Source: Oligoflexia bacterium (lineage in GTDB: Bacteria > Bdellovibrionota > UBA1018). From it: DNA of 64,000 nt. Position numbers and translations under genes: made by a program. The notes beneath the pieces were generated by a model. That model was not told where the DNA came from and ran no database searches. It worked only from the letters and a program-made list of their open reading frames with translations. The stretch lies in assembly GCA_963758495.1 (NCBI GenBank), contig CAVWVI010000003.1:768001-832000 (forward strand). The letters run 5' to 3'. Below, piece after piece: positions 38,949-48,710 of this stretch (positions within the stretch are counted from its first letter, which is position 1; each line of letters starts with the position of its first letter).

Positions 38949-39917
38949 CTAGAATAAATTAATAATCGCATTAAACCCCACAAGAGTACTTTGCGAAGTT
39001 ATATTTCCAGAGATTGGAAATAGCAAAATATACGGATAAATATACACCGAATCGGTACATGATATCCCTAAACCAAAAGTTTGATAGACATCCGGATGAT
39101 AGAATGCAAAAGTGCCATTCAAGTTTCTATTATGAAGTGAAGCAATTCCAACAACTGACCTTACATTCAAGCGCTTAGACAATTTATATTCAAAATAGGG
39201 ATCCGTATAGAGATCATACTGAGTTTGCTGACTAGAATCGTATTGAGATCCATCTGCAAAAATATTATAGTCAATTTGCAATACGAATCCGACAGTAAGT
39301 CCAAATTTAAACTGGTAGAAACTTTCATTTAATAGTGTAAACCCAAAGCGATACCCAAAAACGTCATAATACTGATTATTCGTCCAGAGTGTACTTTGAA
39401 AATCCGCCCGATTATGTATAGGTCCTAAATTAAAGGAGTGAGCAAGATCCATATAAGGATCCGCTACTGAGGTATTTTTAGGTCCTTGAAAAGGGGTTTG
39501 AGTCAAAATACCTGTTCCTAAACCCAACGTTGTTTTATCATCGATTCGACCTCGAGCAGAGACCGTACCACTAAAAGTAACTAAAGGAGGTGGCACCTGA
39601 TTGCCTGGATTAGGAACCTCCCCTGAAAATGGATGAGCAATGGAAGAACCCGAATAAGTCAGATTAAATTGACCACTCCAGCGAGAACGAGACCCCTCCA
39701 AAGTCTTCATTCTATTATTTTGCAATTCTTGTGATTCCGGAGAAGATGAAGGCATTTTTTGGCCAACGTTGGGAGCAGGCGGATTCTTCGACTCAATCAC
39801 TGGGTCCAAAAACCCATCCTCATCCTCTAATGCCTCTTTTCCAGCTTCAGCACGAACGGCGCCTGGCACACCCACTGCGATCATTATAAAAGCCATCATC
39901 ACTCTATTCAACTGCAT
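38949..39917 (-). CDS. Putative outer-membrane beta-barrel protein
   Basis: Signal peptide; alternating aromatic/polar strands; terminal Phe. Confidence 0.7.
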   Translation of the reverse strand: MQLNRVMMAFIMIAVGVPGAVRAEAGKEALEDEDGFLDPVIESKNPPAPNVGQKMPSSSPESQELQNNRMKTLEGSRSRWSGQFNLTYSGSSIAHPFSGEVPNPGNQVPPPLVTFSGTVSARGRIDDKTTLGLGTGILTQTPFQGPKNTSVADPYMDLAHSFNLGPIHNRADFQSTLWTNNQYYDVFGYRFGFTLLNESFYQFKFGLTVGFVLQIDYNIFADGSQYDSSQQTQYDLYTDPYFEYKLSKRLNVRSVVGIASLHNRNLNGTFAFYHPDVYQTFGLGISCTDSVYIYPYILLFPISGNITSQSTLVGFNAIINLF

Positions 39918-39952
39918 CCCTACTCCCCCTCACTCAGTCGATTGACAAAAAT

Positions 39953-42900
39953 TTAAGAAAATTTTTCCTCAGGTCGTTCCAGACGCGACATTAGACTATA
40001 GACACAAGGTACTACAAATAAAGTAAGAATCGTGGAAGCAATCACACCTCCAATAATGGCAATGGCCATCGGTATAATCGCCTCTGAACCGGGCCCCAAA
40101 GAAAGTGCTTCAGGAAGTGCCCCTACTACCGTAGCCAGAGAAGTCATAACAATAGGTCGAAGGCGAATAGGACAAGCCTTAATCAATGCTGCATGCACAT
40201 CTTTTCCTTCTCCACGGCATTGATTAGTAAAGTCAACTAGCAAAATAGAATTTTTCTTTACTATCCCCATTAAAAGAATAAATCCAATCAGACTATACAT
40301 ATTGATTGTCTGGTGACAAAGATAGAGACCGATGAAAGCTCCAGCAAAGCTAAAAGGCAGTGCCATCAATACAGTAATGGGATGGATAAAACTATTGAAC
40401 TGCGAACCTAAAACCATATAAGAAACTACAATCCCTAATAAGAGTGCAATAATTAAGCTCTGAAATGACTCTTGGAAACTTTGTGAACTTCCAACCATTT
40501 TGAGGGTATATCCAGGAGGAAGCATGGACTTTGCCAATTTTTCCGTATAGGCCATCGCTTCTTGCTGGGAATGTCCTGGAGCCGGATTTCCATATACTTT
40601 AATCGCCCTAGCCCTGTCCAACCGCGAAATCAATAATAGACTTGGCTTTACTTTTTGATCCACGAGTTTAGAGAGCGGAACCCGTTGTCCACGATTCGTT
40701 CTCAACATAATACGAGAAATATCGGGAATTTTATTTCTTTCAGAGGCCCGCAATCTCACTTCGATTTCATATCGATGACGCCCCTTAGGATACTCAGTTT
40801 GACCATTTAAAATCAATCCTCCCATCAGGGTATTGATCACATTCGTAACAGTTTTTAATGAAACAGCATATTTGGCCAGATTAGCACGATTAGGAGTCAG
40901 CTGAACTTCTGGCATCCCACTTTGAATGTCAGTATTGACGTCTACAACATAATGAGACTTTTTCATCTCGTCCATCACTTGCTGGGTGAACTCAGTCAAC
41001 TTGTTCCAATCCGGGCCTTGAATAATAAATTCAACGGGGAATCCTCGTGTAGCGGAAAAGCCTCTTAAAGAAAGATCTTGTACAACAGTCTCCATTCCCG
41101 GAATCATTTTACGTATGGCTTTTCTTACTTTTATAATGAGATCAGATTGGGAAATATTTCTTTGATTGCGATCCACTAAAGTCGCGTAGGCCATTCCTTG
41201 ATTTACCGCATCACCACCAAAGCCCCCCACCAGACTAAAAAGGCCGTTCACTTCAGGTATCTTTAAAAGATAGTCTTCTACCTTTTTGATTTTACTATTT
41301 GTAACCTCTAGAGAAGTACCTACAGGCAACTTAAACCTTAACATAAACATAGCTTGGTCTTGCGCTGGCATCATCTCAGAAGAAAGATGCCTTGCAATCC
41401 CCCAACTCCCGAAAAAAAAGACCATCGTAATCAATACTGTTTTCCAGCGATGAAGCAGTAAGAAATGAAGTAAAGTTTCATATTTCGTTGCCATTTTTTT
41501 AAAAATGCGATCGACAGTTCGCATTTTTGCATTGGAACCATGATCAACCGTGAGATATCGCGAACAACGCATAGGAGTCAGCGTAAGTGCTTCTAATAAA
41601 GACAGGAGAACTGCGACTGTCACAGTCACACCATATTGAAGAAAGTATCTTCCAATAATTCCGTTCATAAAAACAACAGGCATAAAAATGGCGACAATAG
41701 CAATCGTTGCTGCCACAGCAGCAAAGGTAATTTCTTCTGAACCTTTAAGGGCAGCTTCTTTCTTCTTTTCTCCCAATTCTCTATGTCGGACGATATTCTC
41801 AAGCATCATGATTGCATCATCCACTACAATCCCGATTGCTAAGCTGAGGCCCAATAAAGTAAATGTATTAAGTGTAAATTTAAAAAAGTAAAAAGCCACA
41901 AACGTTCCGATTATGGAAGTAGGAATCGCCAAAAGAACGTTTATGGTTGAGGTCCAAGAACCTAAAAAGAGATAGCAAACAAGAGATGTCAAAAGCGCCG
42001 AGAGCATCAGCGTATAAAGCAGTTGATCTACGGATTGTTTTATAAAACGAGTATTATCAGAACGAAGGCTTAATTTGAAATTCTTAGGCATTAAGGGTTG
42101 AATTTCTTTCATTTTTTGACGAACGGCCTGACCTACTTCCACAGCATTAGAACCATGCTGCTTAATAATTCCCAACCCTACTGCCAATTTTCCACTCATT
42201 CGAGATATTTTTCTAATATCAGCGGTTCCCTCCTCAATCTGAGCCACATCCCTCAGTAAGGTGGGTTTATAATTCACGCCTTGCGAAATCCGACTATTAA
42301 TTCGAATCTTACCAAATTCCTCAGCACTGGTTGCCTCTCCCAAGACACGAATATTGTATTCTTTGCTGCTATTTTGAATTTGGCCGGCGGGAACTTCAAT
42401 TTGCTCCTGCTTAATAGCCTGCAAGATATCTTCAGAGGTGAGATCCAACCGATTCATTTTTTCTGCATCGACCCAGACACGCAAAGCAGGATCAACATAT
42501 CCTCCTACAACAATATTTCCAACACCAGGTACAATTCCAAATTGATCTTGGAGAAAGTTTTTGGAAAAAATCATCATGTCGATCAAAGGAGTTTTTGGAT
42601 CATCAGTAGTCAATCCCAACCACATAATAGGTTGATCTTCTGGATTAGTTTTCCTCAGAGTAGGAGGAAAGAGATTAGTAGGAAGCAGATTTTGAACTTG
42701 ATCAATGTGGTTTTTAATTTCCTGAAGTGCCTCATCGATATCCGTCTTAAGATCAAATTCTACTGCAATGGTAGCGGAACTTTGCTGGGCAGTAGAAGTC
42801 ACACTTCGAATCCCATCAATCTGCATAATAGAATCTTCGACCGGGTCTAAAACCTGACTTTCCATGACTTCAGGCGCTGCACCATTCAATGTAAAGGAAA

Positions 42901-43039
42901 CACTCACTACTGGAAAGTCCACATCTGGCAATTGACTAATACCCAGTCTATGAAATGAAATAGCTCCAAACACAATAAGAGCCGCCATGAGCATCCAAGC
43001 AAAAACGGGACGTCGTATTGAAATTTCGGATAAACTCAT
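39953..43039 (-). CDS. RND efflux permease (AcrB/MdtB-like), copy 2
   Basis: GIVVDDAI..LEN, GIVKKNSILLVDF, RLRPIVMTS. Confidence 0.95.
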   Translation of the reverse strand: MSLSEISIRRPVFAWMLMAALIVFGAISFHRLGISQLPDVDFPVVSVSFTLNGAAPEVMESQVLDPVEDSIMQIDGIRSVTSTAQQSSATIAVEFDLKTDIDEALQEIKNHIDQVQNLLPTNLFPPTLRKTNPEDQPIMWLGLTTDDPKTPLIDMMIFSKNFLQDQFGIVPGVGNIVVGGYVDPALRVWVDAEKMNRLDLTSEDILQAIKQEQIEVPAGQIQNSSKEYNIRVLGEATSAEEFGKIRINSRISQGVNYKPTLLRDVAQIEEGTADIRKISRMSGKLAVGLGIIKQHGSNAVEVGQAVRQKMKEIQPLMPKNFKLSLRSDNTRFIKQSVDQLLYTLMLSALLTSLVCYLFLGSWTSTINVLLAIPTSIIGTFVAFYFFKFTLNTFTLLGLSLAIGIVVDDAIMMLENIVRHRELGEKKKEAALKGSEEITFAAVAATIAIVAIFMPVVFMNGIIGRYFLQYGVTVTVAVLLSLLEALTLTPMRCSRYLTVDHGSNAKMRTVDRIFKKMATKYETLLHFLLLHRWKTVLITMVFFFGSWGIARHLSSEMMPAQDQAMFMLRFKLPVGTSLEVTNSKIKKVEDYLLKIPEVNGLFSLVGGFGGDAVNQGMAYATLVDRNQRNISQSDLIIKVRKAIRKMIPGMETVVQDLSLRGFSATRGFPVEFIIQGPDWNKLTEFTQQVMDEMKKSHYVVDVNTDIQSGMPEVQLTPNRANLAKYAVSLKTVTNVINTLMGGLILNGQTEYPKGRHRYEIEVRLRASERNKIPDISRIMLRTNRGQRVPLSKLVDQKVKPSLLLISRLDRARAIKVYGNPAPGHSQQEAMAYTEKLAKSMLPPGYTLKMVGSSQSFQESFQSLIIALLLGIVVSYMVLGSQFNSFIHPITVLMALPFSFAGAFIGLYLCHQTINMYSLIGFILLMGIVKKNSILLVDFTNQCRGEGKDVHAALIKACPIRLRPIVMTSLATVVGALPEALSLGPGSEAIIPMAIAIIGGVIASTILTLFVVPCVYSLMSRLERPEEKFS

Positions 43040-43042
43040 GAT

Positions 43043-46000
43043 TTAAGTTGCATCCTCTTTCTCTGGCATCTCAAAGCGAGTAAACCAGCTATATACACAA
43101 GGGACCACAAAAAGGGTCAACACCGTAGAAACTAAAACACCCCCTACGATAGAAATTGCCATAGGAACACGTGTCTCCGCTCCTGGTCCAAAATTAACTG
43201 CACCAGGAATAGCACCAGCAATAGTAGCAACAGAGGTCATTAAAATCGGTCTCAATCGAATAGGACAAGCTTCCAGTAACGCTTGAACAGGAGGTAAACC
43301 TTCCGCTCTCCGTTGATTGGTAAAATCTACGAGTAGAATTGAATTTTTTTTCACAATTCCCATCAATAGTATCAAACCAATCATACTAAAAAGACTGAGT
43401 GACTGATGAGAAAGATAGAGTGCCGCTAACGCTCCAGAAAGACTAAATGGTAAAGCCATCAGGACGGTCACCGGATGAATAAAACTATTGAACTGCGAGG
43501 CTAAAACCATATAGGCGACTGCAATTCCAAGAATGAGCGCAAAAATCAACCCCTCAAAAGCATCTCTAAATGCTTGCGCGCTCCCTGTTGCCTTAAGATA
43601 GTACCCCGAATGAGCAGGAAGAACTTCCTGACCTATTCGAATCACGGCATCCAAGGCACTTTGTTGTGATTGATTGTTAGCGACATTTGCATAAACAGGA
43701 ATAGCTCGACTTCGATTGACTCGGGATATCAGTTGAGGTCCGGTAGTGAGTTGAATATCCGCTGTTTGAGGTAATGGCACTAGACTCCCACCTGTGCCAC
43801 GATCATTACTTAAAAGAACCTTGCTCAGATCGTCCATGCTAGCAATTTGATCTGACTCTGAACGAAGACGAATGTAATATCTATGGTTATCCTTAGGATA
43901 TTGAGTGTTAGCATTAAAAATTTGGCCACCAATAAGATAACTCACTTCCTGACCTATCGTAGTCACTGAGACGCCTCGAGCTGCAGCCTTGGTTCGATCC
44001 GGAATAATATTAATCTGAGGCATTCCCACTTGAAAGTCGGTATTAATGTCTTCCAATAGCCCAGTTGCCTCAAGCTTTTGTATAATGATCTTTGAGTATT
44101 CTGAAAGCTTCGTCCAATCTGGACCTTCAATTGTAAATTCGATTGGAAACCCTCGAGATGCGCTAAACCCAGTCAGTGAAAGATCTTGCGCCGAAACTTC
44201 TGCATTCGGAAGGAGTTGCTTTAACTCCCTTCTGCTACGATCCATAATCTCTCTCTGAGTCAGCGTCCTCGATTTAAGATCCTTTAGAATCACATAGATC
44301 ATTCCCGCATTCACGACGTTATTATTCTGATAATTGCCAATAGTAGTATAAAGGTCTTTGACCTCAGATTGTTTCTTTAAATATTCCTCAGCTTGTTGAT
44401 AAACTCGATCGGTTGCCTCAATAGAATTTCCCACAGGTGTCTTAAGGGACAATAAGAAAAGAGATTGATCTTGAGAGGGGATGAGCTCTTTTCTAAGGGT
44501 CCAAAGAAAAATCATGGACCCTGCAAAAAGAGTCAGCGAAACGATGATGACCCCACTCTTATGTTTGATAGCCCAAGCCAAGGCATGCCGGTACTTCTCA
44601 GATAATTTGTCCATGAATGCGTCCATGGTTTTTAAAACCCAACCCGGATTGTGCATTTTTCCGGAATGGAGAAATCGAGCACAGCGCATAGGAGTCAGAG
44701 TTAAAGCTTCTAGAAGTGAGAGAAATACGGCTACTGTTACCGTAATACCGTATTGATAAAAAAACCGGCCCACCACTCCTTGCATAAAAATAACAGGGAT
44801 GAAAATAGCCGCTATCGCAAGGGTGGTAGCGATAGCCGCAAATGTAATTTCATTGGAGCCATCTATTGACGCCTGTCGCCGGCTCTTCCCCATTTCATAA
44901 TGCCGAACAATATTTTCCAACATCATTATAGCGTCATCAACGACAATCCCAATTGCCAAGCTCAACCCGAGAAGCGTAAAAGTATTCAGCGTAAATCCAA
45001 AAAAGTAAAGAGCACTAAAAGCTCCAACAATAGAGGTGGGAATGGCGAAAAAAACGTTAATAGTAGATGACCATGACCCAAGAAATAAAAAACACACAAC
45101 GGAAGTCAAAAGTGCCGCGAGGATAAGAGTCGTATTCAGTTCATTAACAGAATCTCTAATAAACTGAGTTGAATCAAGTCGAACGTCAACATGATATCCA
45201 GGCAAGAGAGTGCTTTGTATCTGCGCTACTTTATTTTTCACAAGCTTGGCGACTTCCACAGCATTCGAACCATGCTGCTTCACAATCCCAAGTCCAACCG
45301 CTGTTTCTCCATTAAACCTAGAAATTTGGCGTAAATCAGAAATCCCTTCCTGAATTCTCGCAACCTTACTAAGAGGAATTGGATTATAATTCGGAGCACC
45401 ATTTCTCGTATTAATTCGAATTTTTTCAAAATCCTCCGCAGTATGTGCTTCTCCCAAAACCCGAATATTGGTTTCGTTCGCTTTTGACTCAATTCGACCA
45501 GCAGGTTGTTCAATCTGTTCCGCTTGAATAGCAGCCCAGATATCACCGGACGTTAAATTATATTGATATAATTTATTTCTATCAATCCACACTCTTAGAT
45601 TGGGATCTACATAACCAGCAAATGTAACATTTCCTACCCCCGCTATTGTAGAAAGCTGGTCTTTGAGTGTATTACGAGCATAAATCATCTGTTTGTAATG
45701 GGGCACGCTTTTATCTGCGGTAACCAAAACCCAGAGGATCGGTTGATCTTCAGGATTAGTCTTGCTCACCACAGGAGGATAAAGTGCCGTGGGTAAAAGA
45801 TTTGAGGATTGATTAATGCGATTCACTACTTCTTGAAGTGCCACATTAATATTGTGATTCATTTGAAATTCACATGTAACATTGGCGATGCCTTGACTTA
45901 CACTCGAAGTAACTCTTGAAAGACCTTCGATTCCCATAACGGCGTCTTCAACAATGTCAACAACATCCACCTCCATCACCTCTGGAGCAGCATTATCCAA

Positions 46001-46150
46001 TCTTAAGCCAATATTGATTACTGGGAAATCAACATCTGGCATTTGACTGATTCCCATTCTCTGAAAGCAAATGGCTCCAAAGAGGATAAGACCCAGCATC
46101 AACATCCAAGCAAAAACAGGGCGACGAATTGAAACTTCTGATATGCTCAT
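43043..46150 (-). CDS. RND efflux permease (AcrB/MdtB-like), copy 1
   Basis: Same RND motifs; paralog of the downstream gene. Confidence 0.95.
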   Translation of the reverse strand: MSISEVSIRRPVFAWMLMLGLILFGAICFQRMGISQMPDVDFPVINIGLRLDNAAPEVMEVDVVDIVEDAVMGIEGLSRVTSSVSQGIANVTCEFQMNHNINVALQEVVNRINQSSNLLPTALYPPVVSKTNPEDQPILWVLVTADKSVPHYKQMIYARNTLKDQLSTIAGVGNVTFAGYVDPNLRVWIDRNKLYQYNLTSGDIWAAIQAEQIEQPAGRIESKANETNIRVLGEAHTAEDFEKIRINTRNGAPNYNPIPLSKVARIQEGISDLRQISRFNGETAVGLGIVKQHGSNAVEVAKLVKNKVAQIQSTLLPGYHVDVRLDSTQFIRDSVNELNTTLILAALLTSVVCFLFLGSWSSTINVFFAIPTSIVGAFSALYFFGFTLNTFTLLGLSLAIGIVVDDAIMMLENIVRHYEMGKSRRQASIDGSNEITFAAIATTLAIAAIFIPVIFMQGVVGRFFYQYGITVTVAVFLSLLEALTLTPMRCARFLHSGKMHNPGWVLKTMDAFMDKLSEKYRHALAWAIKHKSGVIIVSLTLFAGSMIFLWTLRKELIPSQDQSLFLLSLKTPVGNSIEATDRVYQQAEEYLKKQSEVKDLYTTIGNYQNNNVVNAGMIYVILKDLKSRTLTQREIMDRSRRELKQLLPNAEVSAQDLSLTGFSASRGFPIEFTIEGPDWTKLSEYSKIIIQKLEATGLLEDINTDFQVGMPQINIIPDRTKAAARGVSVTTIGQEVSYLIGGQIFNANTQYPKDNHRYYIRLRSESDQIASMDDLSKVLLSNDRGTGGSLVPLPQTADIQLTTGPQLISRVNRSRAIPVYANVANNQSQQSALDAVIRIGQEVLPAHSGYYLKATGSAQAFRDAFEGLIFALILGIAVAYMVLASQFNSFIHPVTVLMALPFSLSGALAALYLSHQSLSLFSMIGLILLMGIVKKNSILLVDFTNQRRAEGLPPVQALLEACPIRLRPILMTSVATIAGAIPGAVNFGPGAETRVPMAISIVGGVLVSTVLTLFVVPCVYSWFTRFEMPEKEDAT

Positions 46151-46169
46151 AATCTATCCATTGAATTCA

Positions 46170-47543
46170 TTAAGGTTTGTGACTCATTTTAACGGCCGTC
46201 ATAATTTCTGGTCGCTCTCCCGTTGCCGCCTGTAGCTTAGCGGAATCCAATTTCACCGTTTCACGTTGGTGATCGAGCTGTCTTTGTGCGTCTTGGTAGG
46301 TCGCAATCGCCTGAAAAACATCCAGATTTGTCACTAATCCATTTCGGTAATATTGAATTTCAGTCTCGTAATTTTTCTTTGAAATATGAACCAGCTCTCC
46401 CAATTTTAACATCTGTTTTTGGTCGGCGACTAATGTGTCAAAAAAGGTGCGAACTTCTTTTTCAGCAGTCCTACGAGTTTGCGATAAAAGTAAACTATAT
46501 TGACGAGCAACAGATTGGGCTTGACGAACTTGCGATTGTAGGACTCCTCCCTGAAATATGGGCACAGAGAGTTGAAGTGAAAAATCCCAATTCACATCAG
46601 ACAATGCTCCAGGTGGCCGGAGTAAGTAATAATCTCCTACAAGATTTACGGATGGAAGTTCGGAGCCGAAAGCAAAGGGAACACCTTCTTCCTGCGCTTG
46701 AGCCGTAGCGAGTGCAGTTTGAACATCTGGCCGCTGTTCCACCTTCGGTAAAAACGAAGTCACATCTCCCGCACTGGAAGACATGGGTTCATTATCCTTT
46801 AAGATTGTATTTCGATTCCATCCTGTAAGGTAAGCAAGAACTTCCTTTGCAACCTCCAACTGTCCCTTGGAATTTTCTAGCTGCACTTCAAGGGAAGCAA
46901 TATTGGCTTCAAAAGTAAGAAGATCTGTGAGCTGAGATCTTCCAATTTTAAAAAAACTCTGAAGCTCCTTCAGCCGCTTACGGTTGATTTCGATTTCAAT
47001 CTGATAATTTTTGACATCATCTTGGTAACCCAAAATATTGTAATACGCGGTTGATAAATCATAAAAAAGCTGTTGCGCCGCGGCGTGCAAAGCAAAGACT
47101 TGCGCATTTACGAGATCTTTCTTTTGCCGAAGAAGAGCAAAGTCACTAAACCCTTTAAACAACGGCTGTGCCGCTTTGAGTTGAATCGTATTTTGTGAAG
47201 CAGGCGAAATAGCACTTCCAGTGACGCTTGAAGGTTCGGCCTGATTCAAAAAAGTCGCCGAACCAGAAATAGTTGGAAATAAAGCGCCCTTTGCTTGACC
47301 ATTGACCTCATCGGCTTGTGCGAGTAGCTCTTTTTGCACTCCTATAGTTTCACTCCGTATAATGGAGGCAAGATAAGCGTCCTTAAGAGTTTTAGGACTA
47401 TTCTCATTTGTCGTAGAGAGAAGCCCTAAATTAGAAACCGTAGCCCAAGAAAATGAACTTTGCATCACTATAAGCGAAATGAGAAGGACCCAAATAAAAT
47501 GACCTGTGAAAAATTTTAATGAATGATTAACAATAAACTTCAT
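46170..47543 (-). CDS. TolC-family outer membrane channel
   Basis: Signal peptide; two OEP repeats (P.ISGS...QPLF.G; LSVPIFQGG, YRNGL). Confidence 0.9.
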   Translation of the reverse strand: MKFIVNHSLKFFTGHFIWVLLISLIVMQSSFSWATVSNLGLLSTTNENSPKTLKDAYLASIIRSETIGVQKELLAQADEVNGQAKGALFPTISGSATFLNQAEPSSVTGSAISPASQNTIQLKAAQPLFKGFSDFALLRQKKDLVNAQVFALHAAAQQLFYDLSTAYYNILGYQDDVKNYQIEIEINRKRLKELQSFFKIGRSQLTDLLTFEANIASLEVQLENSKGQLEVAKEVLAYLTGWNRNTILKDNEPMSSSAGDVTSFLPKVEQRPDVQTALATAQAQEEGVPFAFGSELPSVNLVGDYYLLRPPGALSDVNWDFSLQLSVPIFQGGVLQSQVRQAQSVARQYSLLLSQTRRTAEKEVRTFFDTLVADQKQMLKLGELVHISKKNYETEIQYYRNGLVTNLDVFQAIATYQDAQRQLDHQRETVKLDSAKLQAATGERPEIMTAVKMSHKP

Positions 47544-47956
47544 AAGAAAATCTCCCTAAGAACATTTAATCCGCTCACTAGATTATTTTTCTGTTTAAAA
47601 GTTAAATAATTAAGCTGCTTGGAGAATTTTAAATAAACTTCCTTATAAATTCGACTGTAGGTACTTTTCCCTTTAGCCGTAAGGCTGAGACTTACTTGTC
47701 GCCGATCCTTTACTTGAATAATTCGTTTTACTAAACCTTTCTTCACCAACACTTCAACCATTCGACTGATGGTCGGTGCACTGACTCCCATCCATTCCGC
47801 TAAATCTTTATTAGTTGCATTAGACAGCGTCAATATCGCCAAAATTCGGAAATGCGGCACAGTTAACTCTGACTTTGCAGCCAGCCGCATTTCATTTCTA
47901 ATGAATCGCATAGTGGGGGGTATTATTTCTAAAATTAAACGAGCGCAATCCTGCAT
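47540..47956 (-). CDS. MarR-family regulator
   Basis: LT..HFRIL, wHTH, DRRQVSLSLT.KG. Confidence 0.92.
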   Translation of the reverse strand: MQDCARLILEIIPPTMRFIRNEMRLAAKSELTVPHFRILAILTLSNATNKDLAEWMGVSAPTISRMVEVLVKKGLVKRIIQVKDRRQVSLSLTAKGKSTYSRIYKEVYLKFSKQLNYLTFKQKNNLVSGLNVLREIFL

Positions 47957-47978
47957 AATTTATTTAACCATCCCTACT

Positions 47979-47997
47979 TATTAGCTATGCTAACTAT
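47979..47997. promoter_or_regulatory. Putative MarR operator
   Basis: Palindrome TTAGC-TAT-GCTAA about 25 nt upstream of marR. Confidence 0.55.
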
Positions 47998-48095
47998 TTC
48001 TAAATGAAAACAACATTATTTTATAATGTCCGACAAAAACAAAATAGTCAAAGTAGTTAAAAGGGTCAAAATAGTGACATGAATTTTGTTAGCAA

Positions 48096-48114
48096 CCCTA
48101 AAGGAACTACTTAC
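48096..48114 (+). repeat. Dispersed 19-bp repeat, copy C
   Basis: Exact CCCTAAAGGAACTACTTAC. Confidence 0.85.
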
Positions 48115-48233
48115 TCTTATTTTTAAAAAATAACTTTAGACCCTCGAATAGCACTTACTAGACATTATCCAAAAGCTAAGAGAATATAAATTTCTGAATC
48201 AACTTTATTTTTTAAAGAGATGGAAAAATACTT

Positions 48234-48710
48234 ATGACTCCAGCACAAAAATCTAGGGTTTATCGTATCATCTTGATTCTCTATCTTGTTTTCACATCCT
48301 CCTCGATTAAAGTTTTTGCAGCTCTTGGAGAACACGAAAGTTCGACTGAACTCGAACAACATGCCCTAAAGGGGACTAAGAAAATAATTCTGCACGGAAA
48401 GTTCCGAGTTCACGAAATTACATCAGAAAATAACCATCTAATTAGAGAATATATTTCTCCCGATGGCATAGTGTTCGCCGTCACCTGGAGAGGAATGACG
48501 CAACCCAACTTATCCTTATTACTTGGATCCTATTTTCAAGAAGTGAACAATGCACTCTCCAGTCAACCCAAGCATCAAGGTCGTGCTCCCCTATCTATCA
48601 GTACTGACCATGTCATTATTGAAAAATTCGGACACATGCTTGATATTCACGGAAAAGCGTACATTCCTAGCTTACTTCCCAACGATGTCAGTGCTCAGGA
48701 GGTGCTATGA
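48234..48710 (+). CDS. DUF2844-family exported protein
   Basis: Signal then AALG; IREY...G.VFAVTWRG...P.L..LLGSYF; GKAYIP. Confidence 0.85.
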   Translation: MTPAQKSRVYRIILILYLVFTSSSIKVFAALGEHESSTELEQHALKGTKKIILHGKFRVHEITSENNHLIREYISPDGIVFAVTWRGMTQPNLSLLLGSYFQEVNNALSSQPKHQGRAPLSISTDHVIIEKFGHMLDIHGKAYIPSLLPNDVSAQEVL

